Numbered from the stretch's first letter, positions 9,908 through 19,992 are shown. The stretch: 64,000 bases of DNA from an uncultured Bacteroidales bacterium (GCA_963753055.1 CAVWAP010000002.1:39902-103901); one strand, 5' to 3'. Translations and numbers: made by a program. The notes: a model not told the origin generated them from the letters alone.

Positions 9908-11200
9908 TTACCTGTATTTGTTTTTAAGAAACCAACGTTCGTAAAGTGATAAACCAAAGTTAAATTTAATAAAATTCTCCTGAACAAGGTCTTCAGCCGT
10001 TGTTCCTCTTCTGCCGAACTCAAATCCAAAATTAAAATTTGATTTAGAACGCCGTAACGGTAAACTAAATCCAAAACTTATGCCAAATTCATTGATTTGC
10101 TGATTTCTGAACACCAGGGGCAGCTGTGTATACCGGGCACCAGCCCTGAAAGTCATCCTTTTCCAGAAGGATGATGTGGAGGTTTTGTCAGCCACATATT
10201 GTCCCCCAACCCTTATTTCATAGGTGTTTAAAAGAGAGTCGGTGTAACCAAACATTTCAAAATCTGACCAGTTCTGGAAATCGAAATCAGCACCTACGAG
10301 CCAGTGCTCACGTTTTTCAAGAACAAGGCCAACACCGATGTAAGCCGGCACAAGAATATGCCCTTTTTCTTCCGGAGAGTAAGCAACCGTGTCAAGAAAT
10401 GTTTCAGATGAACCTATGCTGCCCTGGAAAGTATTGGCAATATATTCTCTTCTTGCCCTCATTTTATTGTCCAGTGCAAAAGTTAGGCCGGATGTCAGCA
10501 CAAAGTCTTTTTTTAGGTTTGCAGCGTACTGTGCACCAAAGTCCACAGCAAGGTCACTAACTTTGATCTTATTTTCGAGGTTGGAGTTGATATATGTAGC
10601 CGAAGAGTCAGGAAAGTATACCTTCCTGTAACGGTTCATGGTCCCGAAATAATAAATGAAATTAATACCGAGAGAAAGCCCTTTTGTGACACTGAAGCCA
10701 TTTCCCCAGTAAGCCTGGTTTATGCCACCGGAGCCCTCATATTGCGTAAGGGTCCTTCCAATATTTTCTGATGTTTGTTCCTGTGTGATGTTGTATCCCA
10801 CATCACTGAAAGGCAGCACCCCCAGGCTCATTTTCCACCAATGGGTGGCAGGAAAGCCAAACAGGAGATGTGCCAGCGTACCGTACATTGATTGCTCAGT
10901 ATTGTAAGCGCTCTTCATGGTCGTAATATCGGTACTGATGCCCGCATCAAACAGAAAAGAAGTAGAGTCAATAGCTGAATATGATGCCGGATTAGCGAAG
11001 TTCAGATGATAGGGCGAGCGGATTGCGTTGCTGATTCCCCCCATCGAAGAGAACACAATATTATAGTCACCCCTGCGCAGAAGACCCACGCCATACCTTG
11101 AATAGGGAGAACTGATCCGCACCTGGGCCATGCCTGCTATGGCCAGAAGTAAAAAGCTCAGAAAAAGAAATGTTCGCCGACCCATATTAAAGTTAAACAT
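9908..11200 (-). CDS. Putative outer-membrane beta-barrel protein (family not recognised)
   Basis: 430 aa with a signal peptide (FLLLAIAGMAQ) and an N-terminal SPYSRYGVGLL motif. The G/Y/F/N-rich alternating pattern throughout fits an OM barrel. It keeps a conserved position between coaX and the TPR/lptC genes. Confidence 0.55.
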   Translation of the reverse strand: MFNFNMGRRTFLFLSFLLLAIAGMAQVRISSPYSRYGVGLLRRGDYNIVFSSMGGISNAIRSPYHLNFANPASYSAIDSTSFLFDAGISTDITTMKSAYNTEQSMYGTLAHLLFGFPATHWWKMSLGVLPFSDVGYNITQEQTSENIGRTLTQYEGSGGINQAYWGNGFSVTKGLSLGINFIYYFGTMNRYRKVYFPDSSATYINSNLENKIKVSDLAVDFGAQYAANLKKDFVLTSGLTFALDNKMRARREYIANTFQGSIGSSETFLDTVAYSPEEKGHILVPAYIGVGLVLEKREHWLVGADFDFQNWSDFEMFGYTDSLLNTYEIRVGGQYVADKTSTSSFWKRMTFRAGARYTQLPLVFRNQQINEFGISFGFSLPLRRSKSNFNFGFEFGRRGTTAEDLVQENFIKFNFGLSLYERWFLKNKYR

Positions 11201-11912
11201 TGAAGTCCAAGATTATATTTAGCCCTGTTAGTACGATGTTTGGGACTGCAAAGATGTTATTTTTTAGTTTCTTATCAAAATATTTGGCATCTCCACCACT
11301 TAAAATCGTTATTAAGTCACCATATTCATGCCTGAACCGGTCGATCATGCCATCAATTTCAGCGACAGTACCCACCTGTACACCGGATATTATTGATCCG
11401 CCCGTTGACCTACCCGTTAGTGCGCTTTCGGCGGACTTCTCTATTAACGGCAGGTGATCGGTAAAAGTATTCAGCGCGCGGAAACGCATGTCAATACCAG
11501 GAGCGATGGCACCTCCAAGGTATTCTTTATCGGAAGAAACCACATCATAGGTAATACATGTCCCGGCAGTGATAACAAGCACATTATGGTCCGGGTAAAG
11601 GTGTGAACCTGCCACCGCAGCGGCCATACGATCCTTGCCCAGTGTTTCGGGGGTATCGTAGTTTAATTTTACAGGGAGAGGGGTGCTGGTGGAAAGTTTG
11701 ATGAAAAAGGAACGCGCAGCCAGGATATCGGTAAGCCTCTCAGGGTAGTTGATTACAGAAGAAAGTATTGATGCACTTACCGGAACATCCTCCAGCATTC
11801 TTTCAAGTTCATCCAGATCAAGCTCTTCAACAGAAAAGAACTCCTTCATTTCATCCCCGTGAAAAAAAGCAAACTTTCTGAGTGTGTTACCGAGGTCGAT
11901 TACGAGTTTCAT
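11193..11912 (-). CDS. coaX: Type III pantothenate kinase CoaX
   Basis: 239 aa with an MKLVIDLGNT ASKHA-fold start, a GKDR motif, and the TAGTCITYD and GGAIAPG motifs typical of CoaX. Confidence 0.9.
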   Translation of the reverse strand: MKLVIDLGNTLRKFAFFHGDEMKEFFSVEELDLDELERMLEDVPVSASILSSVINYPERLTDILAARSFFIKLSTSTPLPVKLNYDTPETLGKDRMAAAVAGSHLYPDHNVLVITAGTCITYDVVSSDKEYLGGAIAPGIDMRFRALNTFTDHLPLIEKSAESALTGRSTGGSIISGVQVGTVAEIDGMIDRFRHEYGDLITILSGGDAKYFDKKLKNNIFAVPNIVLTGLNIILDFNV

Positions 11913-11935
11913 GTTGAGTATAAAGATACAACATT

Positions 11936-12072
11936 GATATCTGAATTATGATATCTGATATCTGAGTTATGATTTTCTGATCACAGACCAGCTCTTTTCT
12001 TTTACCCACCCCCCTTCCCCCTCCCTCAAGAAGGAGGGGGAGCGCATAAAGCCAGTGACCCCGGAGGGGTCA
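11936..12072. repeat. Intergenic word-repeat block (GATATCTGA words) followed by two short GC hairpins
   Basis: Positions 11936-11982 read gatatctgaattatgatatctgatatctgagttatgattttctgatc. One hairpin is ccccctcc(8 nt)ggaggggg at 12017-12040, and a second is tgacccc(gga)ggggtca at 12056-12072. The block lies downstream of the minus-strand T9SS gene, so it is probably terminator-like. Confidence 0.8.
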
Positions 12073-12124
12073 GATGTCTGTAGGAAAATAAACGATTTGA
12101 ACACACACCTCTTACAATGTGCAA

Positions 12125-13738
12125 TTATTCAATTATCAACTTTTGTGTTTGGATTTGATTGTTGGAATGTGAGCGGATAAAGTAAACACCCGCAGGCAAG
12201 CCACTTATATCAACAGTAAATTCGTACATGCCGGCGGACACTTCTTTTTCAACTATTCGCTTAATCAGATTTCCTGAAACCCCAAACAAATCAGATATCA
12301 GATATCCTGAACCATAAATCAGATATCGAAGGCACATAGTGCCTGTGGCGGGATTTGGATAAACAGACAGCAAATGATCTGCAGGTATATCATTAACAGT
12401 GACGCCGGTAAGCTGATCAGTAACCCTCACCAGCACCGGGTAAAGCCACCCTTCTTCGTAATGGATAATATTATCAAGATAAATAGTATCGTGGGCAATG
12501 CCGGAGGCATAGATAGAGCCATCATCAGAGATGGCCAGCTCGTGAAAAGTGTCATATCCTTTACCACCACCATTTTTCACCCACTGGACATTTCCTTCCG
12601 GATCATACTTGATCATGAAGTAATCATAATAAGTTTCGGCTTCAGAAACGATGCCATTGCCCCAATCGATAGTGCCACGCTGAAAACCACATAGTATTGG
12701 ATTACCCTGGTTGTCAATTGTTAAAGAATGATTGGCCCCAAGGCTTGCATCACCTGCGATCTGGCTTTGTACCGGGACCTCTTTTACCCATTGATATTCA
12801 CCGTCAGCATTCAGCCTGGTCAAAAAATAGTCATAGACCCACTCAGGGCCGTTTGCCGTGTGGCTTCCAAACTGTGTTTCTATATGTAGCAGGTCAGCAT
12901 AATATACATTTCCATTATCATCACACTGGATCGTAGGGAAGTTGCAGGTAATGTCTTCAACGTATCTAACCCACTGCACATCACCATCAGCATTGTATTT
13001 TGCAATATACCTGTTGTAGCCAAACTCAGGCTCATGGGCAACCCCGGCAAAGGTGGCAAGAGGACCAGCACATGATCCGGTGGTGAATATTTCACCTGAT
13101 GAGTTTGTGGCAATACCGCTGATCAGGGGAACATTTTCCTGGACCATTGACGAGAGGCTATCTCCTTCTACAGAGATCTCAGTGATATATGAAGCCCAGG
13201 GAGAGGCCCATCCCAATAGAAGGTTACCCTGGTTGTTGAAAGAAAAAGTTGAAATGTTATAAACAGGGGTCTGGAACAACCCATCTATATTCAGCATGAG
13301 CTCGGGCTCACCCTGGGGGCTTATCCTGGCCAGGAAATACTCGGAGTCATCTCCGCCACCATGACCCATAATGCTTGAACCCCAAAAGCCAAGATTGCTG
13401 CGCATGATTCCAAGCAGGTAAACATATTTCTGACCGTCATCTTTCATGGTGATGATACTACCATGGCCATATATTGTCTTTGCATAGATCTCGTTACCTG
13501 AAGCATCATATTTCGTCAATGCCAGGTCGCCAAACGCCTTGGTGCCATAGATGTATTTAAAGTTACGCATACTCCACATATATACACAGTTGTCATCGTC
13601 CGTTGTCGTTGATGTCTGGATCATGGCCGGGTTCATGCTGTAATCCAGCTGATGCGCACGAACCCATTCATATTGCTGGGTAAATGCACTTAATGTAAAT
13701 CCCAAAACCATTAACGCAGTATATATTGTGGTTCTCAT
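12125..13738 (-). CDS. Secreted beta-propeller (SBBP-like repeat) protein with T9SS C-terminal sorting domain
   Basis: 537 aa with a signal peptide (ALMVLGFTLSAFTQ) and repeated G-N-(I/V)-Y...G propeller-blade motifs. The C-terminus is VYPNPATG...GLPAGVYFIRSHSNNQIQTQKLIIE. The CTD contains an in-frame word-repeat segment (see findings). Confidence 0.8.
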   Translation of the reverse strand: MRTTIYTALMVLGFTLSAFTQQYEWVRAHQLDYSMNPAMIQTSTTTDDDNCVYMWSMRNFKYIYGTKAFGDLALTKYDASGNEIYAKTIYGHGSIITMKDDGQKYVYLLGIMRSNLGFWGSSIMGHGGGDDSEYFLARISPQGEPELMLNIDGLFQTPVYNISTFSFNNQGNLLLGWASPWASYITEISVEGDSLSSMVQENVPLISGIATNSSGEIFTTGSCAGPLATFAGVAHEPEFGYNRYIAKYNADGDVQWVRYVEDITCNFPTIQCDDNGNVYYADLLHIETQFGSHTANGPEWVYDYFLTRLNADGEYQWVKEVPVQSQIAGDASLGANHSLTIDNQGNPILCGFQRGTIDWGNGIVSEAETYYDYFMIKYDPEGNVQWVKNGGGKGYDTFHELAISDDGSIYASGIAHDTIYLDNIIHYEEGWLYPVLVRVTDQLTGVTVNDIPADHLLSVYPNPATGTMCLRYLIYGSGYLISDLFGVSGNLIKRIVEKEVSAGMYEFTVDISGLPAGVYFIRSHSNNQIQTQKLIIE

Positions 13739-13847
13739 GAGGGCGATTTAGATAAACTCTAAACAATTAAAGCATGCGATTGTTTTGCTGTACATTTGTA
13801 ACATGTCCGCCACTTGTGCGTCATAAAAACAGAAACACTATTGTATT

Positions 13848-16268
13848 ATGATCAGGAGTCTTTTCAGGCACAGCCTTCGTGCATTGCGTCGTCAAAAAAC
13901 CTATGTATTAATCAATGTGCTTGGGCTGGCCATTGGTATTGCCTGCAGCCTGATAATTGCTTTATTTATTATACATGAACTGAGCTTTGACCAGTATCAT
14001 GAAAAAAAGGACAGGCTTTACAGGGTGATCCTGCATGGCAAAATGGGCGGACAGGAGCTTCAAGTCACCTCAACAGCAGCCCCGATCGGGCCCACCATGC
14101 TTAATGAGTTTCCGGAGGTGGAAGATTTCCTCAGGATAAATGGTCGCTGGGAGGTTGTGATTAAATATGAGGACAAGCATTTTATCGAGAAGTATAATAT
14201 TGAGGCAGACTCTTCCTTTTTCAATTTCTTCTCCATTCCATTGATTAAAGGAGACGCCGCGACTGTCCTTAATGAAAAATATACGGCAGTCCTTTCGGAA
14301 ACCCTGGCGGCTAAAATATTTGGTGAGGAAGACCCGGTTGATAAGATGATAAAGGTTGGCAATGACAAGACCCTGTTCAGGGTTACAGGGGTGATGCAGG
14401 ATATTCCCGAAAACACCCACTTCAGGGCTAATATGATAACATCTTTCATGACTAATTCCAGGTCTACCGATGATCAATGGCTTTCAAATAGTTTTGATAC
14501 CTATGTCCTGCTGCATCCAAACTCGAATCCCCAGGATGTTGATGCCAGGTTCGTAGACATGATCATAAAATATGTCGGCCCCCTGGTTACCAAGTACTTT
14601 GGCACTACCCTGGAGGACTTCCTGGCCCAGGGCAACAAGTACAGGCTTTTCCTGCAGCCCCTGGGAGAGATTCACCTTAACCCAAATATTGAACAGGACC
14701 TCCGCCCGGCCAGCGATCCAAAATACCTCTGGATCTTTGGGAGCATTGCCATGCTAATCATTGTTATTGCCGGGATTAATTTTATGAACCTGTCAACCGC
14801 CCAGGCCTCAAAACGGGCAAAAGAAGTTGGAATAAAAATGGTAAGTGGCTCAACGAAAAGAAACCTGGTAAGCCAGTTCTTACTTGAAACCATCATCCTG
14901 TCCTTTCTCGCATTGCTGCTAGCCGTCCTGGCAACAGAATTATTCCTTCCCTATTTTAACGATTTGCTGGGAACAGAACTGGTAATCGGATATTTTAACA
15001 ACTGGTTTACGATTCCCGTACTCCTCTTGTTTTCAATCCTGATTGGCATTTTTGCAGGAAGTTATCCTTCGTTTTATCTTTCATCATTCAATCCTGTTTA
15101 TGTCCTTAAAGGCAGCCGGTCTGGCAGCAAGAGCAATACTCGTCTAAGGAGCGTGCTGGTTATTCTGCAGTTTTCTATTTCAATAATTCTCATCATCGGC
15201 ACCATGATTATGTTCAGGCAGATTAGCTATATGCAAAGCAAGAAACTTGGCTTTGATAAAGAACATGTTTTTGTAATCAGCCGGGGAGGTACGATCAGCG
15301 ACAACATTCAGGGCTTTAAAAATGACATCAGGCAAATTCCTGATGTAGTGAACATTACAACATCAACTGCCATTCCGGGACACAATAATAACAATAACGG
15401 GTATATGATGAAGGGAAGGGAAGAAGAATCCTTTTTGCTGATGACCAGTTGGGCCGACCAGGACTTTCTTAAGGTTTATGGCATGGAGATGGCGAAAGGA
15501 AGATTCTTTGACAAAACCTTTGGTACGGAAGAAAATGCTGTGGTTGTCAATGAAACGGCTGTCAAACATTATAATATGGCAGATCCATTGAGTGAGAAGT
15601 TCATGGACCGGGATGATGAGACCATGGAGGTATCATATATGCCCATTGTAGGTGTTGTGAAAGACTTTCATCATGAATCATTGCAGCGGGAAATAGGCCC
15701 TTTTATATTCAGGTATCGTGAGGATTTCAGCTGGGGTTATATCAGCATCAGGCTGGCGCCTACCGCCTCATCAGAAACGGTTGAAAAGATAGAGAGTCTA
15801 TGGGGATCCTATACTGACGGACAGCCCATGCAGTACTTTTTTCTTGATGAGGATTTTGAGCGATTGTATAAAGAAGAAAGGCAAAACGCTCGCCTATCCA
15901 TTCTCTTTACTATCCTGGGTATTCTGATTGCCTCACTTGGATTGTATGGGCTAACAGCCTTTACTGTTCAGCAGCGGACCAAAGAAATTGGTATTCGCAA
16001 AGTCTTTGGCGCATCTGTTTCCAGGGTCTGGTACCTGATCTCCAGAGAAATCATGATCCTCATTGCCATTTCCACCCTGATTGCCTGGCCACTGGTTTAC
16101 TGGATCGCCGACACCTGGCTTCAAAACTACCATTATCGCATCAGCCTGGATGCTTTTGACTTTATACTGGGATTTTTGGTTGCGATGGTCATTGCGTTGC
16201 TAACGACAACCTATCGGACAGTTCGGACTGCGCGGCTGAATCCCTCGGATTCATTGAGATACGAATAA
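13848..16268 (+). CDS. ABC transporter permease, double FtsX/MacB-type
   Basis: 806 aa containing two MacB_PCD + FtsX modules. It ends with TARLNPSDSLRYE. There is no adjacent ATPase. Confidence 0.85.
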   Translation: MIRSLFRHSLRALRRQKTYVLINVLGLAIGIACSLIIALFIIHELSFDQYHEKKDRLYRVILHGKMGGQELQVTSTAAPIGPTMLNEFPEVEDFLRINGRWEVVIKYEDKHFIEKYNIEADSSFFNFFSIPLIKGDAATVLNEKYTAVLSETLAAKIFGEEDPVDKMIKVGNDKTLFRVTGVMQDIPENTHFRANMITSFMTNSRSTDDQWLSNSFDTYVLLHPNSNPQDVDARFVDMIIKYVGPLVTKYFGTTLEDFLAQGNKYRLFLQPLGEIHLNPNIEQDLRPASDPKYLWIFGSIAMLIIVIAGINFMNLSTAQASKRAKEVGIKMVSGSTKRNLVSQFLLETIILSFLALLLAVLATELFLPYFNDLLGTELVIGYFNNWFTIPVLLLFSILIGIFAGSYPSFYLSSFNPVYVLKGSRSGSKSNTRLRSVLVILQFSISIILIIGTMIMFRQISYMQSKKLGFDKEHVFVISRGGTISDNIQGFKNDIRQIPDVVNITTSTAIPGHNNNNNGYMMKGREEESFLLMTSWADQDFLKVYGMEMAKGRFFDKTFGTEENAVVVNETAVKHYNMADPLSEKFMDRDDETMEVSYMPIVGVVKDFHHESLQREIGPFIFRYREDFSWGYISIRLAPTASSETVEKIESLWGSYTDGQPMQYFFLDEDFERLYKEERQNARLSILFTILGILIASLGLYGLTAFTVQQRTKEIGIRKVFGASVSRVWYLISREIMILIAISTLIAWPLVYWIADTWLQNYHYRISLDAFDFILGFLVAMVIALLTTTYRTVRTARLNPSDSLRYE

Positions 16269-16269
16269 T

Positions 16270-16341
16270 CAGTGAACACTGATCAGTGAACACTGAACAG
16301 AAATCTCAATACTCAATACTCAATACTTAATACTCAATACT
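16270..16341. repeat. Intergenic word repeats (CAGTGAACA words, then five copies of the 8-mer CTCAATAC/TCAATACT)
   Basis: The sequence is cagtgaacactgatcagtgaacactgaacagaaatctcaatactcaatactcaatacttaatactcaatactt. It lies between convergent genes. Confidence 0.9.
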
Positions 16342-16347
16342 TAACTA

Positions 16348-16923
16348 CTATTTCTCTACTACTGGCTGAACAGGGTACTGAGCCATGATCTGTGCTACAG
16401 CCTTGGGAATATTTTTTTCTCTTTTTTGTGGGTTGTCATTAACCGTTCCCTTACCAACACCCTCCCAGACCAATTTTTGGGCCTGTGTATCATACACGTC
16501 ACAAATGAGCGTACCTACGGTATAATCATAGGTGTTGTAGGTGGTGGTTGCCATACCTCCGCCCCATCCCCATCCGGGGCCATAACCGTAGCGGCCGCCA
16601 TAGCCAGCTCCCATGCCTGTGGTCGTTGCTGTCACCTGCTGTTCTTGTTGAGTATGAATAAAGAGCGCAACGGTAAGGTCGCCGCCATCTTTTACAAAAG
16701 TGAGCCCCCTCTTGTCAAACTCATCGGCAAAAGACTTTTCCAGCCTTTCCTTGTCAAAGCCGGTAAGCAACTGATCACTATTATCGGCCCAGCCATAATA
16801 GGAATATGTTTTGTATTGTGTGAAGTCAATGGTTTTATCATAGTCTGCAGTAACAGAAATGCTTGAGCATCCCACAATCACTGCGAGTGCCAGGACGAAT
16901 AATGCTAAGGTGTATTTTTTCAT
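16348..16923 (-). CDS. DUF4136-like lipoprotein
   Basis: 191 aa with a lipobox (LAVIVGC). The pattern ADYDK..DF..YKTY....... and a glycine-rich insert match my memory of DUF4136 lipoproteins. Confidence 0.7.
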   Translation of the reverse strand: MKKYTLALFVLALAVIVGCSSISVTADYDKTIDFTQYKTYSYYGWADNSDQLLTGFDKERLEKSFADEFDKRGLTFVKDGGDLTVALFIHTQQEQQVTATTTGMGAGYGGRYGYGPGWGWGGGMATTTYNTYDYTVGTLICDVYDTQAQKLVWEGVGKGTVNDNPQKREKNIPKAVAQIMAQYPVQPVVEK

Positions 16924-16990
16924 GGTTTACAAGTTTGTGTGAAGGACAAAGATAGTAAATCAGGGATTAAGCTGTTAAGTGGTTGGTGAA

Positions 16991-17063
16991 ATATGGCGCT
17001 ATGTCTCTATGATACTAGATGCTGGATGCCGGATACCAGATACTGGATGCCGGATACTGGATT
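16991..17063. repeat. W-family word repeat, copy 1 (ATATGGCGCTATGT..CTCTATGATAC.AGATGC.GGATGCC.GATACCAGA..)
   Basis: Related to the copies at 19941-19992 and 21507-21548. It sits immediately downstream of the stop codon of a T9SS cargo gene. Confidence 0.85.
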
Positions 17064-17073
17064 GGTTGTTATA

Positions 17074-19792
17074 TTATTGTTTCAGTACCTTCCTGGTTAT
17101 TTCTTTTCCGCCGGCTTCTATCCTGACAAAATAAATACCACGCGGATAACCCGCAAGGCTCAGTGTAGTCATTGCATTATAATATTCTTTTGAAAACAGG
17201 AGTTCTCCTGTGGAGCTAAATATTTCAACCTGGCTAAAGATCTTTTTGGACTTAATAGTTACCCTGTCGGTTGCAGGGTTTGGATAGATCTTGATGCTTT
17301 CATCCGCTTTGGATGTTGGCAGCTCACTTATCTCTGCGGTCAGAAAATCCAGGATGAATACATTATCCGGTCCGGGCCTGGGGATAAGGCATTGATAAGA
17401 TTCGTTGTAAACCTTAAATGGCTCGCAGCATTCCCGCAAGTAATATTCCTGTCCATTATATTGTAAATGTCTCAGTCCCTGTGTAACAGGATTTCCCAGC
17501 GGATCAATGCCTATCTGCATAAGCCTGCTTGTTGCATTTAAAAATATGGTGTCCACGAGAAGGCCACTGACCGGATCTGCCGTTAGAATATTGTATTGCA
17601 TCAGGAGGTAGAACTTACCATCAACCGGATTATATTCACAACCCATACCTGCATCCTTGCCCACATTGATTGTATGCTCAAGGTATGAATCAGGACCATT
17701 GATATAAATTACACTGTAATATTCATACATAAATCCATGGGCCAGGCATACTCTTTTGCTGTCGGGGGTAAATGCCATATCAAACACATGGTAATTAGGT
17801 GTGGGGACCACGCATTCGATATCCATCCTGCCGGTGTGGACGATCTGTATACCGTTCATCCCCTGGAACAATATATTCATTCCATCAGGGGAAATCTCAG
17901 GTGAATACCTCGACTCCCAGTTAACATAGAACACAAAGTGGTCTTCAATCAGCAAACTATCAATACGTATAGCATTAGTTCCATCGATCTGAAATTTGAT
18001 CAGTTTTGTTTCTCCCCTGTTGTGAACATAGAAATATTGATGATCCGGCGAAGGAAGAATTGTTATATCATAACCTCCATAGGGAGCACAAACTTGTAAT
18101 TCCTGGATTATACTTAATGTGTTCAAATCAAATAAATACATCTTTTCAAAATCCACGCCAGAGAGGACAACGATATCATCTGTAATACCGGTTACATTCG
18201 TTATCTCATTAACGGTAATGAAAGTATCGACTTCATATGTTGTGGCATTTATTATGCTTAAGTTTTGCGAAAATGTATTGGCTGGTAATGATCTTATTGT
18301 GTTTGGTGCTAAGAAAACATGTCCAGGGCAGGTCCGCTTCATCCCACATACCGCAAATGATGCTATCGGTTAATACAATATTGAAAGGATCATTAAAATC
18401 CCAGAAATTGATCCTCTCTGTTTTTAGCCAGTTGGTAACTTTTGTATAAGCATGGTGGTCATGCCATACATATTCATAGCTGTTTGGAGAAGCAGCATTA
18501 ACCTTATATCCATTCCATAAATATTCCAAACCCATCCATTTATAATCCACATATTCTTCGGCTTCAAAATCGAATACAGCCTGGTAGCCACTTCTATATG
18601 AGATCACGTATCTATTATCAAATGAAACGACCGGGTTATAACAGGGGTCATACAGGGTAGTATCAAATATAATTTGTTCATGGGTGTTAAAATCAGCCAT
18701 TAGTCCCATGGGGTTCCAGTTCATTCCAGACATTTCAATAAACAATTTCTTCCCTGTTGCATCAATACAAAGATTATCCTGCCAGTACCAGGATATGGGT
18801 AACTGGGGTGTTGGTGCTATGATTGAATCAAGGATTTCAAGGGTATTAGTATTGATGCAGAAATAACGCATGCTCTCATTATTTGGCCCTACTGAGGCTG
18901 TATACAGAGTATCTGCCCCGGGAGTGCTTACCATGGCAAAGTAGCTGTATTCAAAATCCTTGACTATATCTCCCGTTAATGCATCAAGGATGATAAGCCA
19001 CGTGCTACCCTGTTTCTGGCAGGCAATATAGTTGTCATCATTAATGAGCAAAAATTCGGCATAGGTATAAACCTTTCTGCCTTTATAACCTCTTGACATA
19101 TTAATCTGGTCGATATGGGGCCAGGTATTTGACCAGAGCTTGGTCTGGGTATTGAGGCTGTATCCTGTAAGAAAGCCTCCCTTATGTTCAGAACTATGAC
19201 AACCAACATAGATCAGGTCCTCATCTGAATTAACCCGTATCACACATGGATGAGATTCGACCCTCATTATCAAAGGAATAGAATAATCATCCAGGTTAAT
19301 AACATATACCTGGTCTGAATAATAGCAGCAGACATAAAGATGATGTTCTGTTACAACCATGTCCTCCGGCCCCAGCCCCACGTTAATTATGGCCAGGACT
19401 TCCTTCGTGTCAACATCATAGACATAAACATTATTAGAATGGTGGCAGATGGTTATCAGTCTTTCTCCGTCAGCGGTATATTTTATTTTATAGGGCAGAT
19501 CACCCTCGGGTAGTATTCCCGGGTCGATGCTGTCCAGGTTGTCGATCATCCTGGTATGTGGCTCGAATGAACCCCGATCAAACATCTCCCTGGGAGATAG
19601 CACATACTTGTCATCAAACTCTAAGTGCTCGGGAAGTTGCCCGTCAGTGAATTGATGCGTATAGGTGGTGTCTGGTAATTTTAGATAGAAGGTTGAGGAT
19701 TTACCATCCGGGTTATCAAATATGCCTATGTTTTGGGAAAAGCCGGGCATAGAACCCAGCAATAGAATGAAAAGAATAATTCGTGCTTTCAT
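17074..19792 (-). pseudogene. T9SS cargo protein (beta-propeller-like), split by one frameshift near 18313-18316
   Basis: The upstream ORF (19792..18233) has a signal peptide (MKARIILFILLLGSMPGFSQ) but no CTD. The downstream ORF (18342..17074) has no signal peptide but ends in a canonical CTD (IYPNPATDRVTI...GIYFVRIEAGGKEITRKVLKQ). The two overlap by 110 nt in different frames, and the join is consistent with an indel at the A4 run. Confidence 0.7.
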
Positions 19793-19828
19793 TTGAATTG
19801 GAGTTAATATGTAAGCGCAGGGGCATAT

Positions 19829-19836
19829 CAAATATA
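19829..19836 (-). promoter_or_regulatory. Candidate Bacteroidota -7 box (TATATTTG = TAnnTTTG) for the T9SS cargo gene
   Basis: The reverse complement of caaatata lies 37-44 nt upstream of ATG 19792. It is preceded by ATTCACTAT, which also occurs in the leaders at 29474-29549 and 31404-31479. Confidence 0.3.
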
Positions 19837-19950
19837 GTGAATAAAACGATGTGTTGTTGATTTATATCTGTGTTTACAATTTACAATATTTGATGTGGTA
19901 TCCGATCCTTCGGCTCCGCTCAGGGATGACAAAATTTGGAATATGGCGCT

Positions 19951-19992
19951 ATGTGCCTCTATGATACCAGATGCCGGATGCCAGATACCAGA
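19951..19992. repeat. W-family repeat, copy 2; exact 42-bp direct repeat with 21507-21548
   Basis: The sequence atgtgcctctatgataccagatgccggatgccagataccaga is identical at both positions (hand-checked). Confidence 0.95.

Noticed and set aside
9877-10074. N-terminal 66-residue extension of the TPR protein ORF (track start 10074)
   Set aside because: The extension overlaps the upstream OMP gene and lacks a signal peptide. The internal ATG at 9876 gives a textbook signal peptide.
14060-14477. Minus-strand ORFs 14060..14449 and 14070..14477 inside the double FtsX permease gene
   Set aside because: They are antisense shadows within a gene whose plus-strand translation is collinear with the FtsX/MacB family over 806 aa.
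16270-17063. Word-repeat arrays as possible CRISPR arrays
   Set aside because: The units are only 7-10 nt and directly tandem, with no 25-40-nt unique spacers. There are no cas genes in the window.
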